Positions 24,461 through 38,093 are shown, counted from the first letter of the stretch. The stretch is DNA of 64,000 nucleotides from Octopus sinensis (GCF_006345805.1 NC_043008.1:48298001-48362000), one strand, 5' to 3'. Notes: generated from the letters alone by a model not told the origin. Numbers and translations are program-made.

Positions 24461-25960
24461 AACAACAAACAAGATGAGGACAAATATCCGTCAAATGTAA
24501 ATAATGTAAATAAAGGTGATTTTACTCCACAATCTCAAGAGCTCAGAGCTACCTGAGATCATGTTCATTGTCAACGTAAGAATGAGACACTGCTTTTTGT
24601 TCAAACAGTCTCATGCAAGAAGTGGAAATGAAAACTTTCACACTGTTGTAGGGAATTAGTAATAATGGTGTGCCCTTCCCACATGACGAATGGAATAACC
24701 TAGTCACTATAAGTAAAGAGAAGTACGTGGAGTACCAGAGTACATAGTAGGCGGTCAGAGAGAGTCCTGTCTTTACTGGGTTTACTAAGTATACTGTTTA
24801 GCAGAGTGAGAGTTATAACAATGCAACATCGTAAGGAATACAAGACAGACACATGCAGAGTGTTCCATGCAGTTCTTGTCTACCAATTTCACTGAGAGGG
24901 CCACAGTCGGCTCCACGCAAGAAGCAGAAGCCACTTGGCCAAAGTGCTGCAAAACGACACTGAACCTCTACGATCACACAATTGGAAAGCAACCCTCTTA
25001 ACCACACACGCATCATCCATGCCTGCATGTACACCCTTGCGTATGCACACACACACACGCACGCACATGCATGGTCCCTCTACTTCCATCTTATCAAGCA
25101 CAAATCAACCTTGCTAGTGTTGGTGCCATGAGAAAATGCCCGCAGATCTTTCTGTAAAGTGGTTGGCATAATGAAGGGCAATGAGCCACAGAAACCAAAG
25201 CAAATGACATGTACAAGTTGCTAGGATTTGGGAGTAGTTGATTGTAATGGGCAGTGACACAGCCTGTGACCCAGCCAACAATAAATAATCCCAGTTTCTC
25301 AACAAAACTACAGGAGGACACACATTTATGTAGGCTGGCAAATAGTATACAGTCTAATATTAGATATCTTTTATCATTTACTTGTTTCAATGACTAGACT
25401 GCGACCATGCTGAAGCACCACTGTGGAGAATTTTTTAGTCAAATGAATCAATTTATTTTTAAAGCCTGGTACTTATGGGATGTAAACACACCAACATCAG
25501 ATGACAAGCAATGGTGAGGAACAAACACACACATGGCAGGCTTCTACCAAATCCACTCACAAGGCTACAGTAGAAAGCACTTGCCCAAGGTGCCATGCAG
25601 TGGGACTGAACTTAGAACGATGTGGTTGGGAAGTAAGCTTCTTACCACACAACCACATCGACGTATATATATATATTTATTTATAAATTGATATAATCTT
25701 TAAAATGATTATATCAGCGGCGAGCGTATAAAAAACAACCATATCGGTATAATTGATTTTTAAGTATATAATTATAAAATTATGATTAAGGACATTGGAA
25801 TGCCAGCATCTACACACTAGAAGTAGATGTCAAATATAGGTGCTGGCATTAATGTTGTTAATCACAACAGGTGAAGGGACTAAAGGTATTATTGCTATAC
25901 TAATAAATGATAGGGAAATAGGATATTCCTTGATTGGAAATATATGTGGGGAAAGCTTAC

Positions 25961-26152
25961 CTTGTTCTTGCTAAACACCAAAATGTTGCGCGCTGCTAAA
26001 TCTCTGTGAATGAGACGTTTGCTTTCTAAATATGCCATTCCATCACAGATTTGCTGGGAAAAGTCACAAAGTCGCAAAACAGGAAAATCCAAACGTAGAG
26101 AAGGTTCTTTGAGACATTCGAGTAATGAACGCATTGGTGCTAATTCTGTTAC
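25961..26152 (-). CDS. Ack-like: Kinase exon: hinge and catalytic loop ([14 protein letters not shown]...[18 protein letters not shown])
   Basis: Acceptor ctaatttag, donor AAG|gtaagc, 192 nt, phase 0/0; HRDLAARN tyrosine-kinase signature. Confidence 0.96.
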
Positions 26153-26304
26153 CTAAATTAGATGGATAAGAATGGTTAAAAATTTGGAAGCATGGCACAT
26201 GGAGAAAACTAATCAGAAAATCAATAATATCAATCCTATCCATGGGAGCCAACCCATGGATGGATGGGAGAAAGAAAGAAAGGGAGAAAGGAAGGAGGAG
26301 AGAA

Positions 26305-26330
26305 AGAGAGAGAGAGGGGGGGAGAAAGAA

Positions 26331-26371
<41 letters not shown>

Positions 26372-26391
26372 AAGAAAGAAAGAAAGAAAGA
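26305..26391. repeat. Compound (GA)n(GACA)n(GAAA)n microsatellite
   Basis: Direct observation. Confidence 0.9.
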
Positions 26392-29300
26392 AACTTTCAA
26401 GTTGTTTCTATGGGAATTACATAATCAAACTCGGTTGGGTTAAGTTTTATATTTAAAGGAGAAAATCCTGAAATATTTCTGGAGAAAGAGAGAAGACTTA
26501 AAGAAAAATGTACAAGCACAAACTTTTGTTTGTTTGTTTGTTTGTTTGTTTTTAATTTATCTAATTGGAGCAGAAGATTGGATTGAAAGAAAACATTAAT
26601 GCAATTGAATTATTCTGTAAACACGTATATGGGATGGCTGCGTAGGAAAAGGATTCTAATTCATTTCAAATACAGGGCAGCACTGTACATCTATATATAT
26701 ATTATATATATATATATATAGCAGCAGCAGCAGTTGGGGCAGACTGAAAGATTACTTTATCATCTTGGAGCGCAACACATTTTCACGCAACATCATCTTT
26801 ACTGCAAAAATGTAAAATATATTGAATCCACTGTTGACTCCAACTCCTCGGCCATTTAAACATTGCTCTCTTGTCTCTTCTACTCAAACTATTTATATCT
26901 AACTTTGAAAATACTTCTTCAGTTCTACATAAAAGCAAAGATTCTCTTCACAACTGGTTAGAAAGAGAGATAGAAACAGCCATATGAATTCTAATAAACT
27001 GGGTTGTATTTCATTAATTAGATTTAAATTTCATCGTGTTTTAACTTAGAGCATTAAAAAAATCTCAAGTACAGAAGATAATATGTAAAAACAAAAATAT
27101 AAATTTTGTAAAAAAAAAGCACTTTATAATCTTATTTGAGTTTCAGTTATTCTTTGGTTACGATGGTGGTGATGGTGATGTTATTGGTTGTAACACTCCT
27201 TAAGAAGTGTGAAGAGTAGGAGGGAAATAGTTTATTCACTAGATAGTTGTTAGTAACCTCAGAGAGTAGTATCAGTATATATTATAATCCAGTTAGTTTT
27301 ATAAAAGAGAGAGAGGACATTCAGTTAAGTCAGGATTACGGAAGAAAGAGATTCCATGGAAAAGTAGATTCTTTAACTGTTGAATGTGACATTTAGTCAC
27401 ATTGTTTTGAATTAATCATGCATTATCCCATAGCTGCATGATTTTTAGAATGACATTGTAAGGTAGGTGTGAGAGGCTGGATCTAGTTAGTATTCGTTTA
27501 TATGTTTCAGCCCTGAGGCTGTGGCCAAGCTGGGGCACCACCAGTATGAACATAAAACAGGCAAAATATTTTGACCAGATATGGCTGGTTTAAATGTAAA
27601 GAGTTAAAGTGTTTTTCTAATGTTAAATTGGCTGAAATAATTGTATATTATCAGACCGTGACTTGTTACACATCCGCTAAGATCATTAACAGCTTCAGAT
27701 AACAATACAGATTAGATATATGAATCTGCTAATGTCCAAACCAGTGAAAAAAAAATTCTTTCAATATCAATTTAAAGGTAAAATTCTTCATCTCAATACT
27801 GTCAGAAAAATCTAAATAAATTTGGTTGAACACAGAAAGTATACAATGCTACATACACGGAAAACTAACGAAAGAAAAATTATATTAATTGGCTTAAACT
27901 AATTATATGATGAGCTATTACAGATTTTTAAATATGTGATCGATGCCAGGCCTGCCTTACTGGCTCCTGTGCCGGTGGCACGTAAGAAGCACCTAGTACA
28001 CTCTCAGAGTGGTTGGCATTAGGAAGGGCATCCAGTTGTAGAAACATTGCTAGATCAGATTGGAGCCTGGTGCAGCTGCTGGCTCTCCAGACCTCAGTCA
28101 AACCACTCAACCCATGCCAGCATGGAAAATGGATGTATGACGATGACGATAAGTGTTTAAATGTTCTAATATGAGTATTCGATGCATTTAGCAGCAGAGT
28201 GGGGGTATGCGTGTTTTATATCTTGATATTGTGTGACAGTTGTAAGCAAACAAGAAAAAAAGCAATAATGGTTCTTGTTGAGGCTTATAGATTCCCCAGC
28301 AGAAATTCAATTTGTGAGGAAAATATTGGCTGAGTCCACAGGAAAGCTGGTTCAAATTGTGTCAGTGGTATTATATTGTACAACTCATTCACTAGACAGC
28401 AATGCGAAGAACAACCAACAAGAAACTATTCCAATATACTCGCCACAGGATATCCTAAAATATTTCAACTTACCAAAGAGTTTAATCACCACCACCCCAC
28501 CATGACCTTTGACAGATAAACCAACAAAAAAGAAATATGAAATTATTTTGTTGTGTCATTTTTATGATTTTTTCACCAAAGTCTTAATTTAAAATGTTTC
28601 CCTTTTTTGAAAGCTAACATCACATAATTTTGCAGAAATATTGATTTGAAATTTTGACATTGGGTCAGCAAGTTCAGGGGAAGATGTCAATTATATTGAC
28701 CCCAGTGTTCAACTGGTACTTATTTTATCAACCCTAGAAGGATGAAAGGCAAAGTCAACCTCGGCAGAATTTGAACACAGAATGTACAGATGGATGAAAT
28801 GCCACTGTTTTGCCCAGTGTGCTTAATGATTCTGCCAGCTTGCAGCTTACACAATTTTGCAGAAATATTAATAAATAGGATGAAAACTAGTTCTAATAAG
28901 TGATTAAAATGGTATATATCCTCATCTCATGCTAAACCAATTAACATGTCTGTGAAATTAGGAATTCCATTTATCTAAAAGCAGTTAGTTACAGCACCAA
29001 CCAGAATATAGTAAAACTGATTAAACAGTTCAAGGTTCCTAATTTTAGCTAAACATGTAAAAGAAAAAAAACATTAAAATAAGGGGAGGGAAAGAGGGGG
29101 AAAAAGAACCTGCTGCACATTAGCTGCAGGTAACATGAACAGGGTTAATAATATGAAAGGCAGACAAATTGACGATGCCCGGATCCTGTCTCGCTTTCCC
29201 TGTTGCTCCAATATAAGCAGAGAAAATGTAGTTTAGATCACATTGCTGCTGTGATAAAACAAACCCATTACAAACAACTTCCCCCCTAACAAACCCCCTT

Positions 29301-32037
29301 AGGTAGCTGTCATCCTTAAAAGGGAAATGAAAACATGTGTGTTGCTTCTATGTAATTCCATGGAGACAAATGAGAACAGAAAATAAAACATCTCCGTTTT
29401 CTGTCTTTCTTTCTCTCTCAGACAGAATAATCTACCATTAAAAAGTTCATGAGCTGCTAATTAAACATACGGAGTCGGAGGCGAGTCGTGAGAAAGCCAA
29501 GAGACAGTAAACAGACAGGTCATGGAAAAAGAAACCAAAGGTAGAAACAAATTTAATTCAAAAATGGGGGGAGGGGCCAGTGCTCACCTAACAAACCTAT
29601 ATTTCACATATCAATGCCCCCCTCCCCTTCACCACTAGACTCTTCTACCAGAAATGTACAATAGATTACTAAGAAAACAACTTTGGCTCGAATATACAAA
29701 GAATTAGCACATATAGACATGGCCAATGAGAAGAAGTGTGGAATTTCTCAAAGAAAACAATTTCAATGTGGAATGTAACAAACACTGAAGAAGGCAATAA
29801 TTCTCACCACAATAGGGGCCAACATAAAGTCTTAACTGAATATTTTATAGAGAAAGTGTTTTGTATAGTTTTTTACTTTTATTTTTTTGAATGACATAGT
29901 AACTCAAGAAGTTTGTGTTAGAGAAAAATTGTTTTTCTTCAAGTTTTTACAAGACAAAATAATTAAATGAAGAACTTTATGGTAAGAACCAAGAACAAAA
30001 CCAAAGACACACAAGACAAAATTCATTAACACTAACTCTAAATTATGATAATTAGTTCCTGTGATTGAGTCCATTTCCCCCCATCCTAATGATTTACTCT
30101 ACCCCACCACACACACACACACCTACACTTCATCTCATAGTTTACACCTAAGGTTTTCAATACGCAGACCCACACAATCCAATATTATTACGGTTGGTGT
30201 CTGTTGTTCAATGATTCGGTTTCTCCATCAACTAATTTCTCTTTTGAATTGACATGCCAGTGGCTCAGTATTCCACAAACACATGCACATCATTTAATGC
30301 CTGTTTTCAATGCTAGCATGGGTACAGTGATTTGATAGGAGCTGGCAAGCCTCAGAGCAGCACCAGGCTCCATTTGGCAGAGCTTCAACAGCTGGGTGCC
30401 CTTCCTAATGCCAACCGCTTTACAGAGTGGACTGGGAGCTTTTTACATAGCACCATCACCAACAGGATTGCCAAGTACCTTTAATATAATTCTCAAGCAC
30501 TGCGTAAACAATGGGGTGACAAAGGTACCCCTTTACATTACAGTTAAAATCTACCCAACAAGATTCCATACAGTTTCCATCAACACCTATTTCACTCACA
30601 AGGTATGGGTCAATCTAAGGCTATGGAAAATGACACTTGCCCAAGATCTCATACAGTGGGATCAAACCTGAAACTCTGTGACTGCAAAGTAGACTCCTTA
30701 ACCACTCAGCTACGTTACATCACCAATCCAATGCTTTAGTACAGTTTTAAAAGACAACCATATAATGATCAGCTGAGCACTTTAACCACAAATATAAGAA
30801 CATCCTGACAGTTCCTGGGTTTCTAAACAAGTCATCCATCTCAATACTAACCAAAACTAGTTTATCTTCACTATTTCAATATGAACTAATCTTTCCACAT
30901 GACATTCTAGAAAACTAGAAACTCTTATGTTTAAAAAAAAACGCTAAAAATTCTTAGCTTATATAACCTTTATCTTGAAGAAAGCACAATCGCAAAAAGA
31001 AAAAAGAAAACAACAAACTCATCGCGGAATCTACAGTTTTTGCTATTTTTCTACATTTTATCTCCTAATTATAACAAATTTTTATTTCTTTTTATCAGCA
31101 AGAGAATTTTATAAGAGGAAATTTATTTAATTTCTTATTTATGTCACATTTTAAGAGATAACTCTTTAACAAACATATTAGATATCTCCTATATTTGTGC
31201 TGTTTCTCTCTGTCCATGCATGTGTGTGTACACACACACACACACACACACACAAAAGTTATACCGTATCAAGAAACACAGTATTTTATTAGTGTTCACA
31301 AATGTTTCTATCATTTTGCAAGTTTTCAGAAAGAACAGTATATTGTATTTTCCAATATGATGATGGTTATTCCAGAAAAAGGAATTACTAAGGAGAGTTC
31401 TCTAAGGAAGTATCTAAAGATAAGGGGAAATACTAAATAATCAATGTTTAGTCCAAGAAATGCAATCAACATGAAGTAAGAAGTAGAAGAATTTCTAGCA
31501 ATCAATATAGCAAAAAAAATAAATAAATAAAAGACTGAGTGGAAGCAGATAAGGAAATAATTAGCTGCAGAGGAATTCTGCTTTGAATAGTATCAAATAC
31601 AATTAGAGATTTCCATAGAAGAAGGAAATAAATATTGGCAAGGAGGAAGAAAATTTGGGAGAAGATATTCAACTCTTCTCAAAATCAAAATATGAAGTTT
31701 AGTTTTGAGTAAATTATTTTGCATTAGTATCTATAACATTGAACATTTAATAACGGAAATTCTTCTAAAGGAATCAGATACTCAAGACAAGTAGTACACT
31801 AAACGAACCTGAAATCCTCAATGACCTCACACACTGCAAAATCTTTAAGTCAGGAAAAGCACAGAAATGTACTTTCCAGTGGACATGCAAACTTTTCTAG
31901 AACATTCAAAGAGATTTAAATCATAAAAGACCCATCAAATGTATTTCTATGGCAGGTTCACAATATGCAATGGTAGATTTACTACATAAAAAGGAGGAGA
32001 TAACTATTGAGATAACACATCTCCACTGATAACACCA

Positions 32038-32415
32038 TCTCTCTATATTTAAACGGCAAAATGTGTGTGTGTGTGCGTGTGTGTGTGTCATTTATACAAA
32101 TCCACAATTTTTCAGTTAGAGGGCTCGCACTTTTTATGGTCATTCAAAACCATCCAAGGGTGGTCATGCACATCTTTACATTTCCCCAGTCATCCCGTAA
32201 AGCCATTAAAAAATCAATAGAAATGACGTTTTTGAGGATTTTCTATCCAAAACCTAATCAAAATGCCCGAAACTTGATACGCCAATTGAATGCCAGCTAT
32301 AGCTGTATGTGATTGGTCGGAGATTTGGACAGTACTCGCGTGTATGTGTGCACGCACGCAGCTGTATATGCATGCACTAGCACTATGACCGGCTGTTGCC
32401 GGGTCATAGTGATAG
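32038..32415 (+). mobile_element. Non-autonomous Helitron
   Basis: A|TC 5' end (tctctctatatttaaa). Subterminal hairpin actatgaccggc-tgtt-gccgggtcatagt at 32382-32410. The 3' end is ATAG|T (degenerate CTAG). No TSD. Confidence 0.65.
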
Positions 32416-32732
32416 TTAACTATAAAAAAATAAACATGCAGACACAGAAAAACATTGTGTGTGAGAGAGAGAGAGAATACTGTATATCTATAGATTTGAG
32501 CCATCACTACGTATCAACAGATATACACACCTTATACAGAATATTTTTTTGAACAGATAAAGAAGGATGAGCCAAACTAGTCTTAAACCTGTATTGCAAT
32601 CTCATTTTAAATACCTCCAACCCACTATCAAAGGGTTTAAGTGAGATATATATATATATATGCACGTGAGTCATCTAAGAGACCATAAGTCAGGTAAAAG
32701 TTGCACTCGTAGATCTGTCAGTGGAGTGGGGG

Positions 32733-33124
32733 TATTATCCGAAATGTACAGGATTAAATATCCATCACGGCTGATCTTACCAATCGGTTTCATGTAAAGA
32801 ATACAATGGAGTGTTAGGTATTAGGATTAGGTTAGGGAACAAAAAGGGGCCAGGGGATTCGGTTAGGAGAAACAAAAAAGGTCCAGGGGATTAGGTTAGG
32901 ACGATATTTTTGTTTCACAACCCACTTCCATAGCAGCCGCTGACTGGTTGTGCTAATCCACCTCTGACAATAAAGAGCAATTGCCATATTCCCTTTTGTG
33001 TCAGCTAACTCTGACAAGTGTAAAGTTATATAATCAGATTGTTACCCAACACTCCATTGCATTCCTTGCACGAAACCAATTGGTAAGACCAGCAATGATG
33101 GATATTTAATACTATACATTTTGG

Positions 33125-33130
<6 letters not shown>
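32733..33130. mobile_element. MITE with about 86-bp terminal inverted repeats
   Basis: 32733-32818 matches the reverse complement of 33045-33130 at about 85% by manual alignment; internal ttaggttagg-containing duplicated units. Confidence 0.75.
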
Positions 33131-33163
<33 letters not shown>

Positions 33164-33166
<3 letters not shown>

Positions 33167-33503
33167 TACAGCTGTGTGGTAAGTATGTTGCTTACCAACC
33201 ACATGGTTCTGGGTTCAGTCGCACTGCATGGCACCTTGGGCAAGTGTTCACTATAGCCTCGGGCCAACGAAGGCCTTGTGATTGGATTTGGTAGACGGAA
33301 ACTGAAAGAAGCCCATTTTGTGTGTGTGTTTGTCCACCCACCATTGCTTGGCAACCAATGTTGGTGTGTTTATGTCCTCGTAACTTAGCGGTTTGGCAAA
33401 CGAGACCAATAAGATAAGTAATAGGCTTCCAAAGAATAAGTTCTGGAGTTGATTTGTTCGACTAGAGGCAGTGCTCCAGCATGGCCACAGTCAAATGACA
33501 AAC
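33164..33503 (+). mobile_element. tRNA-derived SINE family D
   Basis: Head gctgtgtggtaag...gggttcagtc, body gtagacggaaactgaaagaagccc, end gctccagcatggccacagtc. A second full copy lies at about 43220-43583; partial copies at about 25400-25660, 30580-30710 and 58480-58510. Confidence 0.8.
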
Positions 33504-33522
33504 AAATATAAGAAAAAAACGA

Positions 33523-33676
<154 letters not shown>

Positions 33677-34603
33677 AGTGCATGTGTGTACCAGTGTGTG
33701 ATGTTGAGTGTGTTCCTTTGTATTCAAAAAATGGGTCCAATAATTGATATCATTAAAAAGATTAAAGGAATATTTGTTATGGCTAAGATATTTAGATTTC
33801 AAGGATTTCTTTGCGTGAAGAAACTAGAAAATAACCAACTATATATTTCCAGAAATAAAAAATATATTTGACAGTAATATAGGGATAAAAGATTTGAAAT
33901 ATAACATGAAATCATTAAATTGAAGTTATCTAATAATTAACACCAATTCGGAGACCTTATCTGGCACTAAAAATAGAAAATATAGAGTTACAAACAAGAA
34001 AAAGATAACTTTAAGAGTGAATTGAAAAGCATAACTGTTGTAAAATATAGATCAGGAATTACTAGTTTCAAGTTGGGGATCTTGTAGCAGCACTACCCCA
34101 TTAGGAATAGTCTGAGTGTACAAAGAAGAAGAAGAAACAAAGATAGTTCCTGATGTCTGTAACTGCTCAATGGAGTGAAAATATAAAAAATCACAGGAAG
34201 TGAAACTCAACATTTTAATTCAAAGACGCAAGAAGGAACATAAAATGTTTCAATGAGATTTTTTTTTTATTTTTTGTATTCAAAATTCTGATTCCACAAC
34301 TGTACATCTCCATATTCATATAGAATAGAGTTCAGATAGATATTTCAGAAAGAAGGTTTAAAGGGGGGGGGGGAACACTTGCAGAGTATGAGTTTGGTTC
34401 TCTATCATTTCAAGTAGTTTATGAACTGTTTTGAGCTAGTATATGACGAGGGGGAGGGTGTCTAGTTGATTGTTTATTTCAAGTAGAAATGATATTATTA
34501 CAAGGTCAACTTTACAAAAATGGACAACATAAGACAAGGAATAAAGAAAGGGTGGGGGAAAAAAATTCAGAATTTCAAAATAGATAAAGAAATGTCGACT
34601 TAC

Positions 34604-34756
34604 CAACATGAGAGAGCTTTCTTTGTCCAAGACTACTCCAAACATTCGCACGATGTTCTCATGGTCGATAGTTTGCATAATGTTAGCCTCCTTCAGAAAT
34701 TCTGCCACTCCATTTTGCATACGATCCCGGCTCAAACACTTTATGGCAACTTGCAC
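34604..34756 (-). CDS. Ack-like: Kinase exon: VAIK lysine and helix C (VQVAIKCLSRDRMQNGVAEFLKEANIMQTIDHENIVRMFGVVLDKESSLML)
   Basis: Acceptor ttattgaag, donor TTG|gtaagt, 153 nt, phase 0/0. Confidence 0.94.
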
Positions 34757-37700
34757 CTTCAATAATTGAAACAGATAACAGTTACTTTGATAGATTTACA
34801 TCTTTCATATTAAAATAAAACAATGCACACAAGCTTATACATCGAAGAAGCGAGGGAACTGAAGAAAGAAGACATGCACCCAACACCAGAGCTGAAGACA
34901 CCTCCGAAAGGTGGGGGGGGGGCGCCACGTCAAAACGGTAGAGGAGTAGGGGCCAAAACCGGACATGGTTCCTCCTGATGATGTCTTTGGATCCTATAAA
35001 GGAGCTGTTGTGGTAGCAGACCACGAAACACGGTTGTAATTCCTCCTACCTAAAAACCCAGATGCATGTCATTGGGAAGAGAGACCTCTGCAATTCTCCA
35101 GTTGAGGTTGTAAACAAGACTCTTGCATATTGCCTAAATCCATCTAGTTTGCACAAAGAAGGTGCCAAGCTAACAATAAGGAATGTATCAAAGAGAAGTT
35201 AGTATATTACAGGCAAGTTACTCGAGCTCTACATAAGGACCGATCTATTTATCAAGTATACAGTAGAGAAAACAGATTTGAATATCCGCTCCAGAAGATT
35301 GATTTGCAATTTGAAAAAGAAAAAGTGAATTTCTTCTTAATGTGGAAAAAAAAAAAAACCAGCCAACCATCAGAGACATTGGTGGAAAGACAACTACAGA
35401 TATATAATGCAAATGTATGTTATATTTGCAAGGTAAAAAAATGGTAAAGTCAGAAAGATGTAGGAAAATTTGGGAGGAATTTCCTCACACAAATGAGTCA
35501 AGACCAGATCAAAACACAGACATGTTATTCTGCTGACCCTTCAATCTCATACCAGCATTGACATACAGATATTGAATATACTAGAGAACAAGCTCTTACT
35601 TGACTGGCTAGATATAGCAACCAAATCCCTATCAAACAACATCCTACTGATGTCTTCAAACAGAAAAACAACATTAAATAATGTAGTCCTAGATACACTG
35701 TCCGACAAACAGATGGGATGGATGACTGGCCAGAACACTATGGTGGCCAATGACCTGCAGCTAAACAACAACAACATACCATAAACAAATAAGCTTTTAC
35801 TGTTTATTGACGATAGAAAATAGTCCAATATTGGGGCATATAAATCCCTGTAAGAGAAAAAAAAAGAATGGACATTAGTACACTTGGGAATCAAACCCTT
35901 AAAAGAGATGTAGGTTTGATTGCCATGCATACCAATGCTCAATTTTCCCTCTTGTGGAGCTTTAAAGGCCCTATTTTCTATAGTCCATTTATAATAAAAG
36001 CTTAGAATTATATTTACTAAAGTTTCATTCATCACTGTTTTCTAATTCATGTGGAATTCACACAAGTTTACAAATCTAAACATATAATTGCTTACAAGGA
36101 GGTTTGAACTGATCTTTAAATAGAAATTTCTTTTAGTTTATAGTAAGTTTATAGTAATCTGCCTTATAAGCCACTCAAACACTGCAGATGTGAGAAGACC
36201 TACAAATTATGTTTCAAAGCTGAAATCGGCAAGGTACGTTGTCTGAAGAGAACAATTATAATACGGCAAGTCACACTGCTTGGTAGTGTCCTTCAACCAT
36301 TGAATCATCACGGCGTCTCATGAGTTTCAGTTTAACCATTTGGCATTTAAACCAGCCATATCCAGCCCAAATATTCTACCTGTTTCAGGCTCAAACTGAC
36401 CAGATCCAACTGCTCACACCTACCCTACAATGCCATTCTAAAAATACACAAACACACCATTGAAATCTCGAAGCTACAAAAGAATGCAGGATTAATTCAA
36501 AACAATGTAAATAAAGGGGCAACACATTTGACAAAGAAATGTGAATACCAAAATCTCCTATCTCTGGTGAGTTTGAATAAAAAGTCAAAAGTTTGAGAGC
36601 TTTCAAAACATCAAAGCAGTAAAACACTCCCAAATACACACACACAACTTTCAACCTGTTTGTAACAATCTCATCTTTGCAGCATTTCATAATTCACTGC
36701 ATCTTTCGTCTTAGCTTGACTGCAGTATGAATCGGCAACTCTACAAGTCAATACTCCATAGACATGTGAACAAGATATTGTAAAGATGTCTTTTTTTTTT
36801 TTTTTCTTTTTTTTTTTACGAAAATCAATCAAAATATTGTAAATTCAACCTAAGAAAAATAATTGGAAGATCTCTCGAAAATCAATTTTGAAAAAATGAA
36901 GGGGCATTAAACCCGCAACCAGAAGGTTGACATAACAGCTCTCACTTTCTCCTTCACACACAGTCATTACACGGAAGAGGGAATTTCTTTCATACATTTC
37001 CAAGAACCAGAAGTCAAGAGTGCTATGAGTTATAGAATGGCATTTTGATTTTGGAAGCAAAGTTTTCTTTTTTAAATAAGAATCTCCTCCTTAGACACAA
37101 GGCCAGAAATGTAGTGGGGAGTGGGGAAACAGAATTTCCCCCAATAGCTGAGAGCTACAAAAGGCTAAGAACTAAAGGCAACCTCAGCAGAATTTGAACT
37201 CAAAGTGTTGAAAGCTTGAAAATTACAAAAGGCATTTTTGTTCAACTAACTAATGATTCTACCAATTCATGGAGAATACAAAAAATTGAAAAAGAAATAC
37301 AAAATTATTTTAATCAAATAGAAACTAATTTTGTGCAATGGTTTGTTTATTGCCCCTATTTTATTATGGACCCCCATCCCCACCCCCGTGTTAAATTTTT
37401 ATGAAAATTACTGAAGCTGAGAACTTGCATAATGAAATTATATTAGAGCTTGGCACATGGTCAGTTCATTTTTCCACTTCCCAATAACGCCAAAAACCAG
37501 TTTGTGTTTTATTCTCAAAGAGACTCTATTGTGCCCAATTGATATATTTTCTATCTGAAAGAAATCATGGGCCTCAAAACACCTAGCACCACCCCATAGC
37601 AGCTCCTTTTGACACTTGCTGCCCTCTTCTAAGCCCACAACACCACTCTCAAGGGGATGCTACAGACCAACTCCTCTACTGCATTACTCAACCTTGCTAG

Positions 37701-38089
37701 AAATAGGAGTCACAATTACCCTGAAATCACATCCTATTGTCATGAAAGTAACAGGGGATATATTAGATAACGGCTCATTACAATGTGAAGGAGCAAATTA
37801 AGGAGCAATGTAGAACAACATCCGATACTCTGGTCAATAGCAGGAGACTAGATTAAAGTAAATCTTGAATCCATTATCACTGAATAAAAAGATTCAACCT
37901 GGACTGCTTCTGACCATCTTGATCAGGAATGACCTAGGGTTCAACACAACTACTAATACAATTATACAGCCTCCATCTCCCTTCATTTCACTGCTCCTGA
38001 CATCCAGCAATCAAGCTGGTGTCACATTTTGGTTGTTGTAGAAACAACTAATAAATGTAATCAGCTGAGGAGTTAGTGAAAGAGGGGGA

Positions 38090-38093
<4 letters not shown>

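Larger units (their letters stand above)
23761..24507. mobile_element. Composite insertion of a tRNA-headed, hammerhead-bearing short retroelement (tandem and inverted arms), 16-bp TSD
   Basis: TSD aaataaagg(a/t)gatttt at 23745-23760 and 24508-24523. Head-to-head tRNA-like heads at about 24196-24266 (-) and 24272-24343 (+). Hammerhead motif copies at 23841-23886, 24012-24044 (partial), 24070-24115 and 24415-24460. Confidence 0.85.

Noticed and set aside
34840-35040. Hammerhead-like words (CTGAAGA-cacct..aggtg; CTGATGA ... gtggt-agcag-accac-GAAAC)
   Set aside because: In neither case does CUGANGA directly precede a stem that is followed by GAAA, and no stem I forms. At most a decayed Penelope-like remnant.
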